16,198 bases of DNA, from assembly GCA_040752415.1 (NCBI GenBank), contig JBFMGU010000243.1:1-16198 (forward strand), in the 5' to 3' direction. Position numbers and translations under genes: made by a program. Of the stretch, positions 1-8,462 are shown piece after piece; the stretch's first letter is position 1, and each line of letters begins with the position of its first letter. Under the pieces are notes generated by a model that saw only the letters and a program-made list of their open reading frames with translations, searched no databases and was not told where the DNA came from. The DNA is from Myxococcota bacterium (lineage in GTDB: Bacteria; Myxococcota; JACRCW01).

Positions 1-316
1 TCCAGCCAAACATGCGGCGAATCGGCAGGGCGGACGTCACCTCCCTATGATGCCTGCGAAACGCGCCTCGCCGCCCAGAAATGAGCAGGACGTACCCGTT
101 TCTGATGCCTGCCAATCTCATTGGCGGGAGCCAAGAGCGTTTTCCAGGTGCAGCCTCGGCTGCCGGCGATACCGACGGTCGCCTGATCCGCATCATGTGG
201 GCGGCGCACGGCCTTCTGACCGCCGGCGGGAACGGCTCCGCGCCATCGGCCCGTCGCTCCAATGGTGATGTCGGCAAAGGACGGCTCGGGCGTCGGCGAC
301 GCGGTCCGCGACCCCC

Positions 317-847
317 TCAGTCACACCCCGTGGGACGACGACCCCCTTGATGGTTCTGAACCAGCGTCACGAATTCGGTCAGGCGCGTGATGACGGGGAT
401 GGAGCAGGCTGCCGCCGGTTGGTGACCGTCCTGGTTGAACCACACCGAGAAGACGCCAGACCTTCGCGGCGCAAGCACGTCCGCTTCCAGCGTATCGCCG
501 ACCATCGCCAGCTCGTGGAGGGGGAACCCAAGCGTGCGGGAAACCACCTCCCAGAACTCCGGCGTTTCCTTCCTGTGTCCAATCTCCGTGAAGCAGAACA
601 CGTCGGAAAAGTAGTGGTGCAAGCCAACGCGCTCGAGGGCGCGCTCAATCATCGGTCGACGTGAGACGGATGCGTTGGTGGCAATGCACAGCGGATAATC
701 CCGATGCAGGGCCGCCACCGTTTCATGCGCGCCGGCAATGCAGTGCACCTCCGGCCACTCCGCCATGGGCAGGTTGGCAGGGCCGGCTTCCGACATCAGG
801 GTTCCGCCCCAATCAAAGCACACAGCGCGGATGCGACGGCGTGACAT
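317..847 (-). CDS. HAD-superfamily hydrolase (HAD-IA type)
   Basis: Motif I variant CFDWGGTL, motif II IATN, motif III Lys (HRK) and motif IV MVGDTLEADV. Lies 39 bp downstream of alkC on the same strand. Confidence 0.88.
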   Translation of the reverse strand: MSRRRIRAVCFDWGGTLMSEAGPANLPMAEWPEVHCIAGAHETVAALHRDYPLCIATNASVSRRPMIERALERVGLHHYFSDVFCFTEIGHRKETPEFWEVVSRTLGFPLHELAMVGDTLEADVLAPRRSGVFSVWFNQDGHQPAAACSIPVITRLTEFVTLVQNHQGGRRPTGCD

Positions 848-886
848 GCGATCCCACGGTACTTCCGCTACCCGTCGGTCGCCACG

Positions 887-1999
887 TCAGGTTCGCACGT
901 CAAAGCTGGCGAGCGGAATCGCGACGCCATTGATGAGCAGCTCCAGGCGGTGTCGCCCGGCATGGTGCTTTCGCGTTGTCATCTGCTTGAAGGACACCGT
1001 GCCCGAGAGCTCCGCGGCCTCCTTCGGCTTCAGCGTCACCTTCTTGAGCTTGAACACCTTCGGCTTCGCCGCGCCGTTCGCCTTCACGAAGTGGACCGCG
1101 TAGTCGACCATCAACGACTGAGCCTCCTTCGCCGCGCTCACGAGCCGAAGCGAGAACCGAAGCTCCCCGCCCACGCGCACCACCCGCGGTTCCATGCGGA
1201 CATCCAGCACCCGCACCTTCGGTCGCGCACCAACACCCAGCAACTTGAGGGCACCCCGGTGTCCCTGCTTCACCAGCGAACGCGAGGCGTGGTTGATGAT
1301 CCACGTGCGCCCCGGTGAGGCATCCCCAGCCCATCGGCGACACGTCTCAACGACGAGCTCGGGGTGGTCCTTGGCAATGTCATTGAGGTTGTTCGCAACC
1401 GAGCGCTGCACGTAGCGGTCGGCGTCATCCTTGAGCAGCTCAAGCAACTCCAGCACGGGCGCCGGGTTCTCCTGGAACGCACGCAGCCGTGGTGCCCAGG
1501 GGAGGCGCGGACGCGTTCCCTCTGACACCAGGCGCCGCACATGCGGATTGGGATCCCTCGTCCATTCCCGGAGGCGCGCATGGGTCGCGGAAGGGTGTGC
1601 GACGAGGAACGCCCGGATGCTCGACTCGGCGGAGAAGCGCTTGGTCAGCTCGTACTGCGCACGCATCGACGCTTCGAAGTCGTCGAGTCCGTGGCGTTGC
1701 ACGAAGAAGACGTGCGGCATGTATCGCAGCGGCTCGAGGCCGAACTCGTCGGTGCGGGTGAGCTCGGGCCCCAAGGAAGCCATCAGTACCTCGGCCGCGG
1801 CCCGGAACGGTCTCGGCAGGTGCTCGTGCATCACGTCCGCAATCTGCCAGGCACGTTCCGTGAGACTGAGCCGGTGGAGCCCGGACATGCACGCTTCCAC
1901 AAATCGGCGCTCGTGGAGCGGCGGGTGGGCGCGGTGCAATTCGGCCGCGATGGACCGGACAACCTGCTCATTGAAGAGGTGTTTGAGTTGCTCAGCCAT
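887..1999 (-). CDS. alkC: DNA alkylation repair protein, AlkC-type 3-methyladenine DNA glycosylase (HEAT-like repeats plus beta-rich C-terminal domain)
   Basis: AlkC-type motifs ELTKRFSAESSIRAF, HVRRLVSEGTRPRLPW and YVQRSVANNLNDIAKDHP. C-terminal segment with VDYAVHFVKANG...KVFKLK...TTRKHHAG...ING. Confidence 0.9.
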   Translation of the reverse strand: MAEQLKHLFNEQVVRSIAAELHRAHPPLHERRFVEACMSGLHRLSLTERAWQIADVMHEHLPRPFRAAAEVLMASLGPELTRTDEFGLEPLRYMPHVFFVQRHGLDDFEASMRAQYELTKRFSAESSIRAFLVAHPSATHARLREWTRDPNPHVRRLVSEGTRPRLPWAPRLRAFQENPAPVLELLELLKDDADRYVQRSVANNLNDIAKDHPELVVETCRRWAGDASPGRTWIINHASRSLVKQGHRGALKLLGVGARPKVRVLDVRMEPRVVRVGGELRFSLRLVSAAKEAQSLMVDYAVHFVKANGAAKPKVFKLKKVTLKPKEAAELSGTVSFKQMTTRKHHAGRHRLELLINGVAIPLASFDVRT

Positions 2000-2005
2000 G
2001 GCGCC

Positions 2006-2011
2006 ATTCTA
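2006..2011 (-). promoter_or_regulatory. Sigma70-type -10 element (TAGAAT) of alkC, probably giving a leaderless transcript
   Basis: Minus strand reads TAGAAT-ggcgcc-ATG: a 5/6 match to TATAAT, 6 nt before the start codon, with no Shine-Dalgarno sequence. Confidence 0.6.
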
Positions 2012-2021
2012 CGGGCAACCC

Positions 2022-2036
2022 TGACAGGACCTGTCA
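2022..2036. promoter_or_regulatory. Perfect palindromic operator candidate TGACAGG-A-CCTGTCA
   Basis: 7-bp perfect inverted repeat with a 1-nt spacer in the divergent intergenic region. It overlaps the expected -35 region of alkC. Confidence 0.6.
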
Positions 2037-2089
2037 TCAAATGCGCGGGACACACACCGGCCACCGCGGCGTCACGGTCTGTTGACAGT

Positions 2090-2383
2090 GTGAATCCGGA
2101 TTGGCTCCTGCGCATCCACGGTGGCCGCCTGGACGACGCGGAACGCTACCTGCTGCGCAGCCTTCGTCGCGCTCCAGAGGTGCTGCACACCCGGCTCTAC
2201 CTCGCGCACGTGACGCTGCGCCGCGGCAACACCGGCGAAGCCATCACGATGCTCCAGCGGATTCTCCGGGCACCGCCGTCGACGGACCCGGCGTTGCGCG
2301 CGTGGAACGCGTTGGCCCAGGCGCAGGCCCAGCACCTGCTCCGCGGGCTCACGGTCGCTGCGTCTCCGGTGGCGTCTCGGTAA
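2090..2383 (+). CDS. Short TPR-like protein (97 aa); may be a fragment
   Basis: 3' part of ORF 1541..2383 from GTG 2090. GRLDDAERYLLRSLRRAPEVLHTRLYLAHVTLRRGNTGEAITMLQRILRAPP fits about two TPR helix pairs. No clear RBS, so the start is uncertain. Confidence 0.5.
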   Translation: MNPDWLLRIHGGRLDDAERYLLRSLRRAPEVLHTRLYLAHVTLRRGNTGEAITMLQRILRAPPSTDPALRAWNALAQAQAQHLLRGLTVAASPVASR

Positions 2384-2402
2384 CCCATGGATTGGAGGTC
2401 CT

Positions 2403-3443
2403 GTGCGTTACGGCTTGATTGCGGATGATCTGCTGGAAGGCGCGGCGCTGGCCACGGGCGTGCTGCCGTTCCCGCTCCTCGACGTGCTCCTGCCCCTGGT
2501 CCAGGCCCGCGCGCTCATGTGCGCCGCGAAGCTGGGCATCTTCTCCAGCGTTGGCTCGGGCTCGAAGACGGTGGAGGAACTGCTGCGGGACTGCGGGACC
2601 AGTCGGGAGAGCACCATCGGGCTGCTTAGGGTGCTGGAATGCGCGGGCTATGTCCGTTCCCGCGGCGGGCGCTATTGGCTGACGGCGCGTGCGCGCAAGT
2701 CCATGGTGCCGGGTTCTCCGTCGTGCCTGGCGGGCTACGTGGAGTTCAACTACGTGCAGTGGGACTGGATCGCGGGCATGGAGGACGTGATCCGGTCCGG
2801 CCGCGGATTGGACGTGCACGCGCGGATGCGCGACCCGTCGAGCTGGTGGTTGTACCAACGGGCCATGTTGGAGACGGCGGCGCGCATGGCACCGCACGTG
2901 GCGCCCCTGGTTCCCATCAAGCACCGTGCCCGCGCGCTGCTCGACGTGGCGGGCAGTCACGGGATGTACGGCGCGCTCATCTGCCGGCTCCACCCGCCCA
3001 TGCGCTCCGTGGTCCTGGAGCTGCCCGACGCCGTGGCATCCGCGGCTTCCCTGGCCGCCCAGGCCGGCATCCAGGACGTGGTCACGCACCGCGCGGGCAA
3101 CCTCCGCACCGACGGATGGGAGGCCGGCTGGGACGCCATCTTCCTCGGCCAGATTGCCCATCACCTCGACGACGCCGACCTGCGCGCCGTGCTCGACCGG
3201 TCCCTGCATACGCTCTCCGCGGACGGGACGGTGGCCATCTGGGACATCGAGGCGCGTCGCCAGGGTGACAAGCCGGACCTGGTGGCGGACGCCATGTCGC
3301 TGTTCTTCCAGCTCACCTCCACCAGCACCTGTCGCTCCGCGGCGGACTACGCCACGTTCCTCCACGACGCGGGTTTCCACCACATCCGCGTGCGTCGCAC
3401 GAAACACGCGCCGGGCCAGGTGCTGGTGACGGCAAGGAGATGA
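2403..3443 (+). CDS. Class I SAM-dependent O-methyltransferase with N-terminal dimerisation domain
   Basis: GGAGG RBS before the GTG. N-terminal ALMCAAKLGIF...GLLRVL dimerisation region. SAM motif I variant LLDVAGSHG, then VLELP and WDAIFLGQIAHH. Confidence 0.88.
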   Translation: MRYGLIADDLLEGAALATGVLPFPLLDVLLPLVQARALMCAAKLGIFSSVGSGSKTVEELLRDCGTSRESTIGLLRVLECAGYVRSRGGRYWLTARARKSMVPGSPSCLAGYVEFNYVQWDWIAGMEDVIRSGRGLDVHARMRDPSSWWLYQRAMLETAARMAPHVAPLVPIKHRARALLDVAGSHGMYGALICRLHPPMRSVVLELPDAVASAASLAAQAGIQDVVTHRAGNLRTDGWEAGWDAIFLGQIAHHLDDADLRAVLDRSLHTLSADGTVAIWDIEARRQGDKPDLVADAMSLFFQLTSTSTCRSAADYATFLHDAGFHHIRVRRTKHAPGQVLVTARR

Positions 3444-3445
3444 GC

Positions 3446-5443
3446 TCAGTGGACCGCCCGACGCGGCGCCTCGGCGAGGAATGAGGTGAGGAGCTCCGGG
3501 CTGGGCGGCTTGGCGAGGTGGCGGTCGAATCCCGACGCCATGGCGGAGCGCACGTCCTCGGGGCGCGCGTAGCCGGAGAGCGCCACCAGGTACAGCCCCG
3601 CCAGCGACGGGTCGGCGCGGATGCGTCGGGCCACCTCGAAACCATCAAAGCCGGGCAGCCCGATGTCGCACAGCACCACGTCGGGATCGAAGTGCCGCGC
3701 ATGCTCCACGCCCTCGGGACCGTTGCCCGCCACGTCGACGCTGTGGCCTTCCAGCTCCAGCAGGTCGCGCAGCGTCTGGGCGGCGTCATGGTTGTCTTCC
3801 ACCACCAGCACGCGCAGCGGCGCACGACCGGACGGCGCGGGAACGACCACGGCCTCCGGGGCGGTGACGGCGGGCAGCAACGGAAAACGAATCGCCACCG
3901 CGGTTCCCGTGCCCAGGCCCGCGCTGCTGGCGGAGATGGTGCCCCCGTGCAGCTCCACCAGTCCCTTGGCCAGCGCCAGCCCCAGGCCCAGACCTCCGCT
4001 GCTTCGCGCCAACGTGCGCTCCGCCTGGGAGAACGGCTCGAACAGGCGCCCCAGCACCTCGGGGACAATGCCCGCGCCATTGTCGCGGACCTCGATGTCA
4101 ACCTGGTCGCCCTGCGCCTTCACCGTCACGCGCGTGAGGCCACCCCGGTCCGTGAACTTGGCCGCGTTCATGAGCAGGTTGCCCAACACCTGCGTGATGC
4201 GCACCGGGTCGGCGTCCACCCACAGCGGCCGGGGCCAGGCATCCAGCTCCAGCTGCACGCCACGCTGCTCGAAGTAGGCCTGGTGGTCCTCCACCACGCG
4301 CTGCACCAACGACCCGACCTCCACCTGCTCCCGCCTGAGCTGGATCTTTCCGCGCGAGATGCGCGTGATGTCCAGGAGATCGTCGACGAGACGCGTGAGG
4401 TGCGCCAGCTGCCGTTCCAGGACGTGCCGCGCGCGCGTGGCCTGCTCGCTCCCCGGCGACACCCGGCCCAGGATGGCCGCGCAGTTGCGGAGCGGGGCCA
4501 GCGGATTGCGCAGCTCATGCGACAACACGCCCAGGAACTCGTCCTTGCGCACGTTGGCCTCCCGCAGCGCTTCTTCCATCTGCTTCCGTTCGGTGATGTC
4601 GCGGATGCAGATCAGGACGCGGGAGAGGCTGCTCTCCGCGCCAGGCATCACCACCAGGCGCTTGTCGACGACACGTTGCTCGCCACCGGCCACGCGGATG
4701 GGGCCTTCCGTTTCGAACACGCGGTCCCCGCGCCACAGCGCCACCATCTGACGGGTGAAGGCAGGCAGAGCCTCCTCGTCGAAGTAGCGCAGCGGCGTGC
4801 GCGGCACGTCTTCCTTGGAGGTCTCCCCCAGGAACGCCACCATCTCGCTGGACGCTTCCACCACCCGCACCCGGCACGCCAGGCGCCGCAGTTCGTCGGG
4901 GTGTTCCCGCAGGTGGGCCTCGAGGTCAAACACGCCCGCGGCGCGCAGCTCGTCGAAGCGGGCACGCACGCCGGAGAGGTCCTCCAGCCACATGGGCAGG
5001 GGTGCGTGCTCGAACAGGCCGCGCCACCGCGCCTCACTGCCCACCAGCTCCGTGGCAGCGTCCTCCGCGCGCTCCATGGCGTGACGAAGCGAGCCGGAAA
5101 GCAACACGATGGCCGACGCGGAGAAGATGAAGAGGCACGTGGCGGTGACGGCGGCGGGTGTCAGTGCCCAGGCCCACTGCGGGCCGAGGAAGAAGTAGTT
5201 GGCCACCGCCGCGGAGAGCAGGATGGTGACCATGCCGGACGCGGGCCCGGCCAGCCAGGAGGCAAGCGCCACCGCGAAGAAGAAGAACACGAACGGCGCA
5301 ACGCTGGGGTGCGGCAACAACAGGCCGTGGATGGCAAGCGCGAGCAGCGTTGCCGCGGGCGCGGTGAGGGCGCGCGCCAGCGGGGAGAGGGTTGGCGGTG
5401 GCAGGAGGGTGCGCTCCCGTCGTGTCCGAGGAATGCTGCTCAC
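3446..5443 (-). CDS. Membrane hybrid sensor histidine kinase/response regulator (DUF4118-like TM region, PAS, HisKA, HATPase_c, REC)
   Basis: About 4 N-terminal TM helices; PAS ending in DITERK; H-box LSHELRNPL; N-box NLLMNAAKFT; G1 DNGAGI; F-box LFEPF; G2 GGLGLGL; receiver VLVVEDN...CDIGLPGFDG...KP. Confidence 0.95.
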   Translation of the reverse strand: MSSIPRTRRERTLLPPPTLSPLARALTAPAATLLALAIHGLLLPHPSVAPFVFFFFAVALASWLAGPASGMVTILLSAAVANYFFLGPQWAWALTPAAVTATCLFIFSASAIVLLSGSLRHAMERAEDAATELVGSEARWRGLFEHAPLPMWLEDLSGVRARFDELRAAGVFDLEAHLREHPDELRRLACRVRVVEASSEMVAFLGETSKEDVPRTPLRYFDEEALPAFTRQMVALWRGDRVFETEGPIRVAGGEQRVVDKRLVVMPGAESSLSRVLICIRDITERKQMEEALREANVRKDEFLGVLSHELRNPLAPLRNCAAILGRVSPGSEQATRARHVLERQLAHLTRLVDDLLDITRISRGKIQLRREQVEVGSLVQRVVEDHQAYFEQRGVQLELDAWPRPLWVDADPVRITQVLGNLLMNAAKFTDRGGLTRVTVKAQGDQVDIEVRDNGAGIVPEVLGRLFEPFSQAERTLARSSGGLGLGLALAKGLVELHGGTISASSAGLGTGTAVAIRFPLLPAVTAPEAVVVPAPSGRAPLRVLVVEDNHDAAQTLRDLLELEGHSVDVAGNGPEGVEHARHFDPDVVLCDIGLPGFDGFEVARRIRADPSLAGLYLVALSGYARPEDVRSAMASGFDRHLAKPPSPELLTSFLAEAPRRAVH

Positions 5444-5684
5444 CGCGAGGACCCCTCAGCCCAAGCTGTTACCAGGCCGTTGCCCGACCGCGGTCGGGGG
5501 AGCCGCAACCTCCGTGGCGAGGCTCTGGGGGGTCTGGCGTTTGACCTCGGGGGCCGCAAGCTTGTGCAACGCCCGAGCGGGAGCATTCACGACGGTGGCA
5601 GCCCACGCCGGGGGGCGCCCACAGGCTCCGTTGTCACAAGCGCGAGCAGTCGGCGCGTGGGTGACGGGGAGCGTGGCGTCCGCG

Positions 5685-6029
5685 TCACCGCGTGGTGCGG
5701 ATGACGGGACGGAGTTGCAGCGCGCGGCCATGCGCGGAGATGGGGCGCAGGATCCGGACGGGTTTCTGGAACGCCAGGCGCGCGGGCATCACCTGGTACG
5801 CGGGCGCCTCCGCCACGACGTGGTGATCCGCCACCAGCACCTCCGGCTCCATCTCCACGCGCGTCACCGTGATGTCCGACGCGATGACGAACGGCACCTC
5901 CACCTCCACCCGCGTCACCGAGGGCGCGTACATGTTGTGATGGGCCACGTTGCAGGCGCGCGCGGGGTTGGTGGTGAGCAGCGAGGCAACAACGGTGAGG
6001 GCCAGCGTCATCAGCGAGGTGCGGAACAT
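5685..6029 (-). CDS. Small secreted hypothetical protein (114 aa)
   Basis: GGAG 6 nt upstream of ATG 6029 (alternative ATG 6035). Signal-peptide-like MFRTSLMTLALTVVASLLTTNPARA. Internal VTRVE(V/M)E repeat. Confidence 0.65.
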   Translation of the reverse strand: MFRTSLMTLALTVVASLLTTNPARACNVAHHNMYAPSVTRVEVEVPFVIASDITVTRVEMEPEVLVADHHVVAEAPAYQVMPARLAFQKPVRILRPISAHGRALQLRPVIRTTR

Positions 6030-6265
6030 GGTCATCTCCAGTGGCGGCCCGGCGTGTCGTGGTGGTTGCCAGGCTTGCCGGATGTGAACGGGCGAGCGCG
6101 CGGCGCGGTCTGCACGACGGCACGTCTGCATGCAACTGCCTGAATTTGCTGGGGGTGTGGCGCTGATCCCTTCCCGTGCCCGCGCAGGACCGGCGGGATG
6201 CGGGGGCGGTGTTGCCCGGCGCGGCAGCAGTGATGGAAAAACGGCCTCCCACCTCCAGGAACGCC

Positions 6266-6961
6266 ATGACCACCCGACCCGGACGCAACGACCCGTGCCA
6301 CTGCGGCAGCGGCAAGAAGTACAAGAAGTGTCACTGGGACGCCGACGAGAAAACGGCGAGTGAGGCCCGCGCCAAGGCGGCACAGCAGAACGCGCTGGGC
6401 GTGGTGGGCGAGCAGATGCGTGAGCTGATGGCGGGCGCGGCCAATCCGCAGGAGCTGGCGCGTGACCTCGACACCATCATGGGCATCATGGACCAGCGCT
6501 CCGAGGAGATTGCGGAGGTGATGGAGGACCTGCGCGCGCTGTTCGACGGCGGCCCGCTCTCCGACTTCCGCCTGGACCCCACGCAGGTGCGCCACGCGCT
6601 GGTGCAGCACTACGCCTCCCAGCCCGGTGACGACGTGTACGAGCGCCTGAGCCGCACCTGTCACGCCGCGCGGGCCGATTTGCGCACGGAGGAGACGGAG
6701 CAGCGACTCAAGCTGGCGTTGACGCGGGTGGCGCAGGGCTCGTCGAGCACGGGGCGGCAGCGGCGCGCGGCGTTGCTGGGGCTGCTCAGCGTGATGAACG
6801 CCTCCGCCGACGAGGGCGAGCCGGTGTTGGAGCTGGTGTTCGCGGTGCAGTGTGAGCAGGAGGCCGCGCGCGCGCCCAAGGTGGCGGAGGAGGCCCTGGC
6901 GGCGCCGGAGAACATCTTTGCCCGCGTGGCCGCGGACCTTCCGGAGCACCGTCCGGGCTGA
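6266..6961 (+). CDS. SEC-C motif (Zn-binding) domain protein
   Basis: N-terminal GRNDPCHCGSGKKYKKCH is a canonical SEC-C motif. AGGA precedes ATG 6266. The remainder looks helical, function unknown. Confidence 0.85.
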   Translation: MTTRPGRNDPCHCGSGKKYKKCHWDADEKTASEARAKAAQQNALGVVGEQMRELMAGAANPQELARDLDTIMGIMDQRSEEIAEVMEDLRALFDGGPLSDFRLDPTQVRHALVQHYASQPGDDVYERLSRTCHAARADLRTEETEQRLKLALTRVAQGSSSTGRQRRAALLGLLSVMNASADEGEPVLELVFAVQCEQEAARAPKVAEEALAAPENIFARVAADLPEHRPG

Positions 6962-8308
6962 TCAGCGCGGCGCTTCGCGCATCTCACGCGCCAGGCGCAG
7001 TCCGTCCCAGATCGCGTCTTCCATTGACGAGTAGTACCAGGCGCCATACCGCCCGGCGCTCCGCACGCCCTGCGCGCCCAGGTAGTCCAGCACCACCTTC
7101 TTGGCCGCGTTCTGGTCCGCGCCCTGGATGGCGTAGGCCACCGGGATCCTTGCCGCCTCCGCGAAGATGATGTCCTCCGGGCTCCGCACCAGCCCCATCT
7201 CGACGAGACCTTTCACCGCCGCCTCCGCACCGGTCTTCTCGTCGAAGCCCTCACCCGCCTTGTGGCTGTACTCCACGTAGAAGGTGCGCGTGCCCGGCGG
7301 GGCCATGCGCGGCTCCACCGCGGTGAAGCTGCCCACGCGGTAGAACTTGAACTTCTCCTCGGGGAGGTAGACCCAGTGCGGCACCTCCGCGCCGTGATCC
7401 TTGGCCGCCACGTCGTAGTAGGTGATGGTGGTCCAGCGCAGGCTGCGCGCGGCGGTGCGCACCTCGTCGGGGCACTCGGTGAGCGTGCCCACCAGCTCCG
7501 GCAGCGGGATGGAGTTGAAGAGGTGGCGGTAGTGCAGCGTGCGCCCGTCGTTGGTGGTGACCGTGCGCGTCTTGAGGTCCACCCGCACCGGCGTCACGCC
7601 GTGGTCAAAGGGACCGGTGCAATGCGCGCGGATGGCTTCCGGCACGCGGCCAATGCCGCCCTGCCTGGGGTACAGGAACTCCACGTTGTAGCCCATGGCC
7701 TCCTTGGAGAGGCCCAGCGCGCCGTTGATCACGTCCTCGACGCTGGGAATGGGCACGAAGCGGTCACACCAGCTGGCGTCCATCTCCCGCGGGTGCACCG
7801 TCCAGATCTTGGTGTTGTAGGGGAACATGAAATGCTTGGCGATTCCCGGCCCCATGCGCTGCAGGATGTAGTCGGCAAAGGTCTGCGGCGCGGGATGGCT
7901 CGGCGGCGGCGTGGTGCCCAGCACGTCGTGGGTGCGCGCCTGCAGGAAGCCCAGGATGCACTCCGCGGCCACCTCCTTGGGCAGGCCGTGCGTGTTCGCC
8001 TGGAACGGGAAGTGCGTGTAGACGCCGTGGCTGAAGATGCGCGCCTTGCGCACGCGCGGCACCAGCTCGTCGCCCAGCAGGTTGCCCACCAGCGCTTTCA
8101 CCTCGGGCTTCTTGATGTGGAGCCAGTGGCCGGTGATGTCGAAGTGGTAGTTGCCGTGCCGGACGTTGGTCTTGGCCAGCCCGCCCACGCGCGCGTCCTT
8201 CTCCAGCACGCGGTAGCTCAAGCCGGAGCCTTCCAGCGCGTGGGCACAGGCCAGGCCGGCAAGGCCCGCGCCCAGGATGAGCACATCAACGTCGGTGGTG
8301 GAGGACAT
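6962..8308 (-). CDS. FAD-dependent oxidoreductase (protoporphyrinogen oxidase/UDP-galactopyranose mutase-like family)
   Basis: Rossmann motif ILGAGLAG, LEKDARVGGLAKT, FDITGHWLH, YNTKIW and C-terminal GRYGAWYYSSMEDA. GGAG RBS upstream. Confidence 0.85.
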   Translation of the reverse strand: MSSTTDVDVLILGAGLAGLACAHALEGSGLSYRVLEKDARVGGLAKTNVRHGNYHFDITGHWLHIKKPEVKALVGNLLGDELVPRVRKARIFSHGVYTHFPFQANTHGLPKEVAAECILGFLQARTHDVLGTTPPPSHPAPQTFADYILQRMGPGIAKHFMFPYNTKIWTVHPREMDASWCDRFVPIPSVEDVINGALGLSKEAMGYNVEFLYPRQGGIGRVPEAIRAHCTGPFDHGVTPVRVDLKTRTVTTNDGRTLHYRHLFNSIPLPELVGTLTECPDEVRTAARSLRWTTITYYDVAAKDHGAEVPHWVYLPEEKFKFYRVGSFTAVEPRMAPPGTRTFYVEYSHKAGEGFDEKTGAEAAVKGLVEMGLVRSPEDIIFAEAARIPVAYAIQGADQNAAKKVVLDYLGAQGVRSAGRYGAWYYSSMEDAIWDGLRLAREMREAPR

Positions 8309-8462
8309 GGTGGAGGCTCCTGCGTGAGACGAAGGCGCCCTTGTAGCAGCGGGCCACCGCTCGCCCCAGTCCCTTTGATGGCGGGGAGGCCGGGCTTGGT
8401 ACTACAAACGCGAGTCGAGCCGGGCGACGGGGGCCAGAGCGAAGCACGGGAGGAGCCGGAAG

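Noticed and set aside
1..316. Short ORFs 47..268 and 81..350
   Set aside because: No recognisable motifs or RBS. Probably intergenic or upstream of a gene beyond the left edge.
5556..5569. Sigma54-like promoter TTGCACAAGCTTGC (minus strand) upstream of the kinase
   Set aside because: The invariant -24 GG is TG here.
3518..5704. 728-aa plus-strand ORF
   Set aside because: Antisense shadow of the hybrid kinase.
6127..6141. Sigma54-like AGGCAGTTGCATGCA (minus strand) upstream of the small secreted protein
   Set aside because: GG/GC spacing is right but the rest matches weakly, which is expected by chance in GC-rich DNA.
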